Shown: positions 26,601 through 30,592 of the stretch, one piece after another
Position numbering within the stretch: position 1 is the stretch's first letter
How the letters are laid out: each line of letters begins with the position of its first letter
Made by a program: the position numbers and the translations under genes
Assembly: GCA_965223545.1 (NCBI GenBank)
Contig: OZ245006.1
Location: forward strand, 2,912,001 to 2,976,000
Source: Planctomycetota bacterium
Lineage (GTDB): Bacteria > Planctomycetota > UBA1135 > UBA2386
DNA length: 64,000 bases
Reading direction: 5' to 3'
The notes under the pieces: generated by a model
Seen by the model: only the letters and a program-made list of their open reading frames with translations
What the model was told of the DNA's origin: nothing
The model's database searches: none

Positions 26601-28850
26601 GACGCCAACGCCGTCCAGCCCACCTTCACGGCACCCGACGCTGCTGGTAACTACACGCTGACCTTCGACGTCGCCGTCAGCGATGGCACCACCACCACGA
26701 CCGACACCGTCGTCATCAGCGTCAACGCAACCGACGCGGCACCCACTGCCAACGCTGGGCCGGACCAAACCGTTTCCGAGAACACCACCGTCACACTCGA
26801 TGCCAGTGCGTCCAGCGATCCCGAGGGGCAGTCGCTCACCTACACCTGGACCCAAACCGGTGGCCCGGCCGTCACGCTCAGCGACACCAACGCCGTCCAG
26901 CCGACGTTCACGGCACCCGACGCTGCTGGTAACTACACGCTGACCTTCGACGTCGCCGTCAGCGATGGCACCACCACCACGACCGACACCGTCGTCATCA
27001 GCGTCAACGCAACCGACGCGGCACCCACTGCCAACGCTGGGCCGGACCAAACCGTTTCCGAGAACACCACCGTCACACTCGATGCCAGTGCGTCCAGCGA
27101 TCCCGAGGGGCAATCCCTCACGTACACCTGGACGCAGACAGGCGGGCCCGCCGTCACGCTCAGCGATGCCAACGCGGTCCAGCCCACCTTCACGGCTCCC
27201 GATGCCGCGGGCAACTACACGCTGACCTTCGACGTCGCCGTCAACGATGGCACGACCACCACGACCGACACCGTCGTCATCACCGTCAACGCCACCGACG
27301 CTGCACCCACCGCCAACGCTGGGCCCGACCAGACTGTCTCCGAGAACACCACCGTCACCCTCGATGCCAGTGCATCCAGCGATCCCGAGCAGGGCACTCT
27401 GACCTATCAGTGGAATCAGATCTCAGGACCCACCGTGGCCCTCGCCGGGGGTGACACGGCGACACCGACGTTCGAGTCCCCCGCCGGCACGGACGACCAG
27501 ACACTCGTCTTCGAAGTGCGCGTGTCCGACGGGACCACGACCGTTTCGGACACGGTCGTGGTCCACGTCGAACACGCCAACCTCGCACCGATTGCCGATG
27601 CCGGCGGCGACATCACCCTCACCTCCGGGGACACGGGCACGCTGTTCGGAGCCGGCTCGATCGACCCCGAGGGCCAATCGCTGACGTACGAATGGCGGCA
27701 GCTCTCGGGACCGCCGCTGACGATCTCCGGCGCGACGACGCCCACACCTACGATCGTCGCTACCGGAGACTCGGGGTTCGCGGTCGTGCAACTCACCGTC
27801 AGCGACGGAGAGCTCACCTCGAGCGACACCGTCGGCATCAACGTCTTGGCGGCACCGACTCCCGAGCCAGAACCCGAGCCCGAGCCCGAACCCGAGCCTG
27901 AACCCGAACCCGAGCCCGAGCCGCAGCCAACGCCCGAGCCCGAGACCCCCGTGGCACCACCGACCGAAGATCCGGTTCAGGATCCGTTCGCCACAAGCCC
28001 CGACAACACTGCCGACCCCGACGATCCCGCAGACGATTCCGCGAGCCGCGAGCCGGCCACCGAGCCACCCTCGGCGACGACTTCGCAGACTGCGACACCC
28101 ACCGAAGACGACGACCTGCGCGTCAGCGCCGGATCGGACTTCACCGCTTCCGCGGGGAGCACGGTCACGCTGGTTGGCCGCGTGGACGGAGACAGCGGCT
28201 CCGTGCGCGTTCGGTGGGACCAGCTATCGGGACCGCCCGTCGTGCTGGGCAACAGTCAGAACCTCACCAGCAGCTTCCTCGCGCCGTCGGGAGTCACGAC
28301 CGAGACGGTGTTCGAGTTCCAGCTCTCGGTGACCACCGAGAGTGGCACGACCACGGACCGCGTCGCGGTCACCATCAAGCCGACAGGCGAAGGCGCCGAC
28401 CTCCCACCACTGCTCGGCACTGCACTGTCGGGCGAGGAGGTCGCCCTCCAGCTTCCCACCCTGATGGCACTGACGGAAAGCGCTGCTGAGGTCACCGTCG
28501 ACTGGCAGCAGATCGGCGGGACGCCCGTCCAGCTCGACAACACGTCGGCCACCGCTCCCAAGTTCGAAGCGCCCGCCGTCTTCGTTGCCGAGGACCTCGA
28601 GTTCCAGGTGTCGCGCACCGACGGCACCGAAACGGTGACCGAACGCGTCCGCATCCGCATCGACCCGGTCGAGGTCGTTGCCCGGCGCGACGCGGAGATG
28701 GGAAGCTGGACTCCAGACCCCCTGCAGAGCAACTACGAGGCGCCGGCCGAGAAGGGCGCACGCGGCATCGGCCGGGTGTGGGCGGCGATCGCCGGCATGT
28801 TCACGATCTGGCCGAGGAGGGGAGACCCGAAGCCGCCCGATCTGCGCTGA
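5634..28850 (+). CDS. Giant surface adhesin/exoprotein (7738 aa): planctomycete LEPRxLL-type N-terminus, RTX Ca-binding repeats, beta-solenoid modules, >30 PKD/Ig-like repeats, PE linker, hydrophobic C-terminal tail
   Basis: Uninterrupted ORF with a GTG start. N-terminal 'RLRGESIESRILLSG', many GGxGxDxL nonapeptides, tandem 94-aa 'APTANAGPDQTVSENTTVTLDASASSDPEGQSLTYTWTQ' units, and the terminus 'GIGRVWAAIAGMFTIWPRR'. Confidence 0.92.
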   Translation: MAKHDSPEPGPEPQRRGKSRPARKDKQRRREPAKRQRLRGESIESRILLSGTWIDPSTGNPLADATTGDDLYEGSLADDAPNSAAGGNDTLWGAAGDDTLNGGSGDDLVLGGSGNDTLDGGSGNDTIHGGSGDDVIYGGGDADVLIGGGGNDQLFAESGNDVLRFTGAQDGDLYTVDGGGDIDTIDITEFGSGALLSDDGSTMVVDLGGGASFTVNYTNVESIVTADTGGNHAPDANAGADIVVDSGVGQFLTAAPSSDFDGDTLTYQWTQVQGPHVTLTGSTTATPSFTAPTVTEPTEMVFALEVSDGTTTHIDTVRVMVTPTNSVGGTSGADSLTGTGNTAEYFFGFDGDDTITARGGDDYIEGGAGADTIDGGAGTDTVSYADAEVGMTIDLVAGTASDGDTLSNVENVVGTAYDDTIVADGNPNVIDGGEGRDTVSFAGGTAIVADLTTGSVGDDTLIDVEGIVGTSGADTFSLSSPVAGETYTIDGGAGGFDQIVLSGYASTAATFGDGYVDIDLGGGQSFRVEYANIDSIAFSDVNADVVTSSISVSGLNGERLFLSGGDAVRVSYSGAGSIDVDYDGTTDTLAVTGSPGTLSGSALSITDLDSGDLTISSIQIDSVLSSLTTNVDVGTINFAAAAELTNATIAGGAGTVDTVSFSGHLSSPTTVNGNVTTMIVAGTISGNAPLTINGNLDALNVVSSVYGDVHVTGNLGSLSTASIGNSPATEIIVDGDLGSLTTTSTSTNYGSITVAGSAGTLDFAGDLITDVSVGGNLTSLSGVKHTHNGNLVVGGSAGSITFTGGAFGHYLIEGDLDAFSAGELVAVVVANGVTGSLTVTNGAFSDTSNYATATRIEFDGVNDTITAWAPQAGTAAGDNLTGTAGDEFLDGQDGDDTLDGGAGDDVLRGGSGNDTLIGGAGHDVADYSDASGAVTVDVTAGTATGAAGTDTLSGIEGAIGGSGVDRFEFSNPVDGMTYTVDGKDAGLSTNYIDLGAYASTDVTFGDRSLTVDMGGGQSFTIEYRNIGTIQFSDIDASVFRDDGGGYGNSAYSGKSMYITDQGAFTVELSGGGTMYLAIDADTQQVQIHSTSGTSSATSIEIVELQDSGFTATNLTVSTEIESLATDLDIGTLTVGVSGSLQTLTLSGGTGTAGTINYVGAMASTLFVEGSVGLISANSGSGTITVTGDLDAFSSVSAFTGTVEAYRAVGAYSVTSGAFSDSTTYAEPTNSLFDGNTNTLGLGLHQFGTSGDDEMLGTGGDDTFHPGGGDDFMDGDDGSDVVDYSDVTGPVTVDLGDQLAQNTGSAGTDTLWSVEGVIGTEESDTFRISDPEPGTTYTVDGNEGALDILDLSWVVATNVTFGNGTLQVDLGGGRSFSVNYSNIDRIDFADVSATVVGTASGFSGTTLGDNIWIHEDSAFRIAIGGGGSTTFSYDVGTDVLDLTATSGTSAASTISVEHLTGVGSTGDVTLQSTVGTLTIDGSLSSLTLDGGAQLEQLDLGGSGTVTDITYGAGSDLATNLEVRGTVGTLTLNGTGTQTAEIHVTRDLESFTSVQDYLGVLRADAVIGNIEITDGGFYTIQNIASTSAISFDGPTNGFVTGVNTTGTAAGEILTGTEAADTIDGADGNDTISGLGGDDVLVGGIGDDTIDGGDGHDTVSYADAASKVRVDVTQVGPQDTLGAGTDTLTNVEGVIGTSHAVDEFHFSNPVAGTTYTVDGGTGAFDSLFLDGFQSSAATFADGVVTIDMGGGQSFSIEYTGIERIYFADISANVITGPYGFGSFSGDRLFISGETIFQVTTAGPGSIDFDFYPASNSWVLGATTGTDATTSVDFTTIIGAPVFTTSVTLDSDLATLTSSTDIGTLTLNGSAQLTTLDLGTGSVDAVSYASNITTDLNVTGNVGTLAAAGGTAAVAISGDLDAISFSSDFQGTISATVIGSLDVTDGAASTSDTYRTPRAVTYDGATNTLANTPIEGTAGNDTLVGTPYDDTIYGYDGDDSISGLAGDDVLAGGAGNDTLLGGAGTDTVDYSSATGAITVDLTITTAQDTGEGFDTLDSIERVIGSTFNGDTFLFSNAQDGATYAVVGNSWNNTIDLSNYAFADATWYDGYVVISMGAAQSFRIDYTQANFRFSDGWIGTVDPSAPGRSGSGAATYVVGDRVFRLQAAGYNFSYDFNNETLDITHTSSSSSSTTLQVTEFAGEIAIGTISLNSSHGDIVMPSDIAAINVASGVTLGSVTVDGGTGTVGAITYAGSLDADLTVNGNVGSISATTGSGDITVTGDLDALVFTSDYSGTLRIDAVVGSLDITDGAHTDSTTYATPTAIAYDGDAQVLATVISGTAFNDYLVATANNDYLDGGDGTDTVDYSGASAGITVDLTISGSQATGGSANDTLSSIERLIGSGFDDTFSFSGPADGASYYVDGGAGNNTIDLTSFASAAVTYSATQLTVDLGGGQSFVVAFDNVSTILLADATAAVLAGSTSRTAFSGSEVFIDGDQVFRVDVSGAGSIDYSYDATTDTLTVTDSTATDATTTVAITDLSGTDLVIDTITIDTTLASATSNVDIGTIFVNGGAELGTVSVASGTGAIGQLTYSGNVTATTTIDANVEAVSAQQVTGTLEVTGNLTTASATLLSGHLEVGGELSTLNLSSGLTGTMHVGGDVGAMNLGTAGDSSSFPMSVVIDGSLGTYTTSGSLHGTIHVIGDVSGGIDIGRIESGATLQVDGSLHSLHSTWDLNGALTIGGDAGTVRLDGGINGGTVSVTGNLVSFRALGSLTGAGSFSVGGNAGSLDFDGSGDVAITIGGDLDSFRFGSGYSAVLQANQVVGSLSIVDGAYSTAHYYATATVVSYDGSTNSGVGTPPSSGTSGDDVLTGTAGNDFLDGQGGNDTLYGLDGDDLLRGGTGNDIIDGGLGTDVVDYADAGAAVTVDISSTSAQDTVGAGTDTFAAIEGVHGSGFDDTFNLATPANGATYIVSGGAGTDTLNLGGYSWSSATFADGIITIAMAGGGSFTIQHDTIETVQFSNGTAIFTDVPVTQTGFTGTQIVVSGANATRISLVGSGTMDWSYDPMRHELTVDGTASTNSGTDITIDDLNDTGLRVESVQIDSGIDDLIADVDIGTVTVGNSGYLIDVMLGGTGTVEQMVFGGSTNANLTVDANVQSLTFADNVWHTITVTGSVDSLDVAGYVSTNGSFAISGDATTVSVAGNVLGTVQVDGAAGQVSVGGTLGSSVIVRGDLGTLDISGDVTASGAVVVGGDLGVLTGGNDLLTGATIRVAGNAGTISFTGTSDERIEVGGTLQVFSFTGDYTGILWIGNAFGDVSISDNGTSDVITFSVPTEFIYDGLGGLTPGDGGTYVGTAGDDVLVGDVTDDLMVGLAGNDVLDGADGSDVLRGGAGDDTLMGGAGTDTADYSTATSAITVDLTDTSAQNTGGAGVDTLLGIEQVLGTSFDDTFAFATPTSGSVYKVFGGAGSDTIDLSGFASTDATFSDGSVVIDLGGGQSFQIDYQDVESIVFSDTTAQLIEPPPGLTGLESLGGVSVVYSSTELDAWSGTMMFVDGPQTFTISLTGAGTADITYDAITDTVSVLNVDGTDASTSLVITDLSGSDLIVDSIVLDESVGSFTSNVNIGTLTLGANATIDSVVIDSGLGTIDLIESTTRFYGTATIDANVTNVQMPGVSGNLTFNGDVGTFTSTASYESATIVINGDAGRIETSDFNYSSLTVTGSVTTLDSNDDVRGSTINIGGDLGLFEVRDQINSGPNTITVGGNVGTIDVDNRISGADFDIGGDLQTFDVGDAVGSSQSFTNGSLVVGGTLTTFSVYHYIQNVDVEVSGNLGSFTIGEDVDGNASVLVHGSTGTVDVSGDLAGSFVTGGDLDQVTLGSVSGVLLAGSVTGSFDLTDGTYTYTDTYATATMVRYEGGGSEGLFTSSDSNVIFGTSGADSLIGTAGSDLILPLEGVDSVSAGDGDDVIYYSSGHGDLTVDGGSGTDEFLLHSSASVGIYSAARHNALWGTSYASDHVIVRVNGEIIDLVNVERITIIGTNANEYLTVDGDFTPTALATDGIRFVGGEGVDRVYADKITSAHNVDVRTGSGGETIFTGAGDDTIEGGADNDGIESGAGADTVIWRVGDGLDTIDGGADSDLLDLFGSDTGNGTFLVEDASTYNARTGSSIAADHILISYNGVLVVDAVNVEHIRINSGLLGDAVTISGDFTLTTLASQPFEVVGCDGSDVVDASGVLSAHGVILVGAGADDTFTGGAGFDTARFTGNYADYTITDNGGGSFTVTDNTAGRDGSETLVGVDEFAFADYTLDPTTLADPAPSADAGPDQTVSENTTVTLDASASSDPQGQSLTYTWTQTGGPAVTLSDANAVQPTFTAPDAAGNYTLTFDVAVSDGTTTTTDTVVITVNATDAAPTANAGPDQTVSENTTVTLDASASSDPEGQSLTYTWTQTGGPAVTLSDANAVQPTFTAPDAAGNYTLTFDVAVSDGTTTTTDTVVISVNATDAAPTANAGPDQTVSENTTVTLDASASSDPEGQSLTYTWTQTGGPAVTLSDANAVQPTFTAPDAAGNYTLTFDVAVSDGTTTTTDTVVISVNATDAAPTANAGPDQTVSENTTVTLDASASSDPEGQSLTYTWTQTGGPAVTLSDANAVQPTFTAPDAAGNYTLTFDVAVSDGTTTTTDTVVINVNATDAAPTANAGPDQTVSENTTVTLDASASSDPEGQSLTYTWTQTGGPAVTLSDANAVQPTFTAPDAAGNYTLTFDVAVSDGTTTTTDTVVITVNATDAAPTANAGPDQTVSENTTVTLDASASSDPEGQSLTYTWTQTGGPAVTLSDANAVQPTFTAPDAAGNYTLTFDVAVSDGTTTTTDTVAISVNATDAAPTANAGPDQTVSENTTVTLDASASSDPEGQSLTYTWTQTGGPAVTLSDANAVQPTFTAPDAAGNYTLTFDVGVSDGTTTTTDTVVINVNATDAAPTANAGPDQTVSENTTVTLDASASSDPEGQSLTYIWTQTGGPAVTLSDANAVQPTFTAPDAAGNYTLTFDVAVSDGTTTTTDTVVITVNATDAAPTANAGPDQTVSENSTVTLDASASSDPEGQSLGYTWTQTGGPAVTLSDANAVQPTFTAPDAAGNYTLTFDVAVSDGTTTTTDTVVISVNATDAAPTANAGPDQTVSENTTVTLDASASSDPEGQSLTYTWTQTGGPAVTLSDANAVQPTFTAPDAAGNYTLTFDVAVSDGTTTTTDTVVISVNATDAAPTANAGPDQTVSENTTVTLDASASSDPEGQSLTYTWTQTGGPSVTLSDANAVQPTFTAPDAAGNYTLTFDVAVSDGTTTTTDTVVITVNATDAAPTANAGPDQTVSENTTVTLDASASSDPEGQSLTYTWTQTAGPAVTLSDVNAVQPTFTAPDAAGNYTLTFDVAVSDGTTTTTDTVVITVNATDAAPTANAGPDQTVSENTTVTLDASASSDPEGQSLTYTWTQTAGPAVALSDANAVQPTFTAPDAAGNYTLTFDVAVSDGTTTTTDTVVISVNATDAAPTANAGPDQTVSENTTVTLDASASSDPEGQSLTYTWTQTGGPSVTLSDANAVQPTFTAPDAAGNYTLTFDVAISDGTTTTTDTVVISVNATDAAPTANAGPDQTVSENTTVTLDASASSDPEGQSLTYTWTQTGGPAVTLSDANAVQPTFTAPDAAGNYTLTFDVAVSDGTTTTTDTVVISVNATDAAPTANAGPDQTVSENTIVTLDASASSDPEGQSLTYTWTQTGGPAVTLSDANAVQPTFTAPDAAGNYTLTFDVAVSDGTTTTTDTVVISVNATDAAPTANAGPDQTVSENTTVTLDASASSDPEGQSLTYTWTQTGGPAVTLSDANAVQPTFTAPDAAGNYTLTFDVAVSDGTTTTTDTVVITVNATDAAPTANAGPDQTVSENTTVTLDASASSDPEGQSLTYTWTQTGGPAVTLSDANAVQPTFTAPDASGNYTLTFDVAVSDGTTTTTDTVVISVNATDAAPTANAGPDQTVSENSTVTLDASASSDPEGQSLTYTWTQTGGPAVTLSDANAVQPTFTAPDATGNYTLTFDVAVSDGTTTTTDTVVISVNATDAAPTANAGPDQTVSENSTVTLDASASSDPEGQSLTYTWTQTGGPAVTLSDANAVQPTFTAPDAAGNYTLTFDVAVSDGTTTTTDTVVINVNATDAAPTANAGPDQTVSENTTVTLDASASSDPEGQSLTYTWTQTGGPAVTLSDANAVQPTFTAPDAAGNYTLTFDVAVSDGTTTTTDTVVISVNATDAAPTANAGPDQTVSENTTVTLDASASSDPEGQSLTYTWTQTGGPAVTLSDANAVQPTFTAPDAAGNYTLTFDVAVSDGTTTTTDTVVINVNATDAAPTANAGPDQTVSENTTVTLDASASSDPEGQSLTYTWTQTGGPAVTLSDANAVQPTFTAPDAAGNYTLTFDVAVSDGTTTTTDTVVISVNATDAAPTANAGPDQTVSENTTVTLDASASSDPEGQSLTYTWTQTGGPAVTLSDANAVQPTFTAPDAAGNYTLTFDVAVSDGTTTTTDTVVINVNATDAAPTANAGPDQTVSENTTVTLDASASSDPEGQSLTYTWTQTAGPAVTLSDANTVQPTFTAPDAAGNYTLTFDVAVSDGTTTTTDTVVITVNATDAAPTANAGPDQTVSENSTVTLDASASSDPEGQSLTYTWTQTAGPAVTLSDANAVQPTFSAPDAAGNYTLTFDVAVSDGTTTTNDTVVITVNATDAAPTANAGPDQTVSENSTVTLDASASSDPEGQSLTYTWTQTGGPAVTLSNANAVQPTFTAPDAAGNYTLTFDVAVSDGTTTTTDTVVISVNATDAAPTANAGPDQTVSENTTVTLDASASSDPEGQSLTYTWTQTGGPAVTLSDANAVQPTFTAPDAAGNYTLTFDVAVNDGTTTTTDTVVISVNATDAAPTANAGPDQTVSENSTVTLDASASSDPEGQSLTYTWTQTGGPAVTLSDANAVQPTFTAPDAAGNYTLTFDVAVSDGTTTTTDTVVISVNATDAAPTANAGPDQTVSENTTVTLDASASSDPEGQSLTYTWTQTGGPAVTLSDTNAVQPTFTAPDAAGNYTLTFDVAVSDGTTTTTDTVVISVNATDAAPTANAGPDQTVSENTTVTLDASASSDPEGQSLTYTWTQTGGPAVTLSDANAVQPTFTAPDAAGNYTLTFDVAVNDGTTTTTDTVVITVNATDAAPTANAGPDQTVSENTTVTLDASASSDPEQGTLTYQWNQISGPTVALAGGDTATPTFESPAGTDDQTLVFEVRVSDGTTTVSDTVVVHVEHANLAPIADAGGDITLTSGDTGTLFGAGSIDPEGQSLTYEWRQLSGPPLTISGATTPTPTIVATGDSGFAVVQLTVSDGELTSSDTVGINVLAAPTPEPEPEPEPEPEPEPEPEPEPQPTPEPETPVAPPTEDPVQDPFATSPDNTADPDDPADDSASREPATEPPSATTSQTATPTEDDDLRVSAGSDFTASAGSTVTLVGRVDGDSGSVRVRWDQLSGPPVVLGNSQNLTSSFLAPSGVTTETVFEFQLSVTTESGTTTDRVAVTIKPTGEGADLPPLLGTALSGEEVALQLPTLMALTESAAEVTVDWQQIGGTPVQLDNTSATAPKFEAPAVFVAEDLEFQVSRTDGTETVTERVRIRIDPVEVVARRDAEMGSWTPDPLQSNYEAPAEKGARGIGRVWAAIAGMFTIWPRRGDPKPPDLR
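18561..27302 (+). repeat. Tandem array of 31 near-identical 282-bp units (94-aa PKD-like domains), followed by more diverged copies
   Basis: The 'GPDQTVSEN' codons recur every 282 bp from 18585 to 27327. The 32nd unit (from 27303) diverges after 'SSDPE'. Confidence 0.95.
27861..27920 (+). repeat. (CCNGAR)10 hexamer repeat encoding a (Pro-Glu)10 linker
   Basis: cccgag ccagaa cccgag cccgag cccgaa ... read directly from the sequence. Confidence 0.9.
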
Positions 28851-28888
28851 TCAGGGATCCCAGGGGCCAGAACTCGTTTGCCAGCGTC

Positions 28889-30067
28889 TCAGGTGAGTCG
28901 CACGACTTCACCCAGCGTGGTCACACCGCTCGTCGCCAGACTGACGGCGTGGCGACGCATGCTCTCAATCCCCTTGTCGGCCAGCGATTGCTTGATCGAC
29001 GTGATGTCCGCACGGTTCTTGATCAGGTCGCGTAACTCGTCATCGAGCGCGGCCACCTCGTACGCACCGCAGCGACCGCGATAACCGGTGTCGAGACACT
29101 TGTGGCAGCCCTTGGCAATGGGCACGACGCTGCCCTTGGGAACGCAGATGCCACTCTCGTGTTCGACATCGCGGTCGAGCTTCACGCGTTGGGCACAGCT
29201 ACAGACACGGCGCAACAGGCGCTGCGCGATGACGCCAGACAACGCATGCGCGACGATGTGCGGCTCGATTCCGATGTCGAGGAGCCGCGTGATCGTGGCG
29301 ATCGCCGAGTTCGTGTGCATCGTCGACAGCACCATGTGACCGGTCAGACTGGCCTCGATCGCGATCTCGGTGGTCTCGATGTCGCGCATCTCGCCGACCA
29401 GGATCACATCCGGGTCCTGCCTGAGGATCGACCGCAACCCGTCGGCGAAGCTGAACCCGCCGCGCGGATTGACCTGGCCCTGCGTGATGTCCGGGATGAC
29501 CGCTTCGATCGGATCCTCGAGGGTGACGACGTTGCGCTCGTCGGTGTCGACCGCTCCCAGCATCGAATACAGCGTGGACGTCTTGCCCGACCCCGTTGGC
29601 CCCGTCACCAGCACGAGTCCACCGCTGCTCGCGCAGAACCGCTTGGCGTCGCGCAGCTGTCGCTCGCTCATTCCGAGCTCGGCCAGTGGAATCACCGCGC
29701 TACTGCGCAGCACCCGCAGCACGAGCTTCTCGCCGTGCACCGCAGGAAACGTCGACACCCGCAACGACGTCGGCCGACCGTCCGGGCCGGGCAGCTCCAG
29801 CGTGCCGTCCTGCGGCTGCCTCTTGGCGGTGATGTCGAGCTTCGCCAGGACTTTGACGCGCGAGACGAGGGTGTTGCCGGCTTCCACCGACAGCGGCTCC
29901 AACGGCACCAGCACGCCATCGACGCGCAGGCGCACGCGCGTCTCCTTCTCCTTCGGCTCGATGTGGACGTCCGAAGCCTTCAGCTCGCGAGCGCGATCGA
30001 CGATCTGCTCGAGCTGTTTGGCGGCTCCGTCGGTCGCCGCGCCGTTTCGTGGGGTCGTGCGCGCCAT
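28889..30067 (-). CDS. GspE/PulE/PilB family secretion ATPase (lacks N-terminal extension domains)
   Basis: 'ASDVHIEP', Walker A 'GPTGSGKT', 'VTLEDPIE', 'LRQDPDVILVGEMRD', 'TGHMVLSTMH' and Cys motifs CSC...CHKC. The ATG at 30067 is preceded by a GAGGTGAGG RBS. Confidence 0.9.
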   Translation of the reverse strand: MARTTPRNGAATDGAAKQLEQIVDRARELKASDVHIEPKEKETRVRLRVDGVLVPLEPLSVEAGNTLVSRVKVLAKLDITAKRQPQDGTLELPGPDGRPTSLRVSTFPAVHGEKLVLRVLRSSAVIPLAELGMSERQLRDAKRFCASSGGLVLVTGPTGSGKTSTLYSMLGAVDTDERNVVTLEDPIEAVIPDITQGQVNPRGGFSFADGLRSILRQDPDVILVGEMRDIETTEIAIEASLTGHMVLSTMHTNSAIATITRLLDIGIEPHIVAHALSGVIAQRLLRRVCSCAQRVKLDRDVEHESGICVPKGSVVPIAKGCHKCLDTGYRGRCGAYEVAALDDELRDLIKNRADITSIKQSLADKGIESMRRHAVSLATSGVTTLGEVVRLT

Positions 30068-30238
30068 CCTCACCTCGCTGGGATGCCCAGGGACCCTGCT
30101 CTCATCGGCATCTGCCGGCGACGACCTTCTGCGAAGTGCCGCCACCATCGCCAGCAGCCGGACAGTCGCGGAGGATGCAGACCAAATGCGGCAACCGTGT
30201 GGGATTCGGCAACCGCACTGCCGATAATTCCACCCCCC

Positions 30239-30490
30239 ATGGACGATCCCATCGAGACGATTCGAGCCCACCTACTCGAGCACTACCTGCAGGGCGTGAA
30301 GCCCGAGCGCATCAAGCCGGCCACGCCGCTGATCACCGGTGGACTGATGCGGTCGGCGGATATCCTCCAGGCCGTGACGTTCTTGGAGCGGCGGTTCGGT
30401 ATCCAGATCGGTTCCGACGAGATCCACCCCGACAATCTCGACACCCTCGAAGACATGGCGCGTTTCGTGGCAGGCAAGCAGTCGCCGTGA
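30239..30490 (+). CDS. Acyl carrier protein (83 aa)
   Basis: 'PLITGGLMRSADILQAVTFLERRFGIQIGSDEIHPDNLDTLEDMARFV' fits an ACP fold. It is hidden inside a longer spurious ORF and lies directly upstream of an AMP-ligase. Confidence 0.85.
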   Translation: MDDPIETIRAHLLEHYLQGVKPERIKPATPLITGGLMRSADILQAVTFLERRFGIQIGSDEIHPDNLDTLEDMARFVAGKQSP

Positions 30491-30592
30491 CTCAAGACGA
30501 GACCCGCGAGCCGCCGACAAGCAGCGCATCGGCTGCGACGGCTCGGGCGCACCGTTGCCGTCCGCCTCGGCTGCAGCTAAGACGGCGAGCTC

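Noticed and set aside
17631..27113. 3160-aa antisense ORF and many 62-93-aa ORFs recurring every 282 bp
   Set aside because: Shadows of the stop-poor GC-rich PKD repeat array on the other strand and frames, with no independent protein features.
18561..27302. Regular repeats as a possible CRISPR array
   Set aside because: Units are 282-bp in-frame coding repeats with no unique spacers, and there are no cas genes.
29102..30490. 462-aa ORF, and extended starts of 30679-32904, 42690-45119 and 43943-46156
   Set aside because: Only the C-terminal parts are real genes (ACP, acetyltransferase, CheA, Qor). The upstream extensions overlap other genes and read as low-complexity Arg/Ala sequence.
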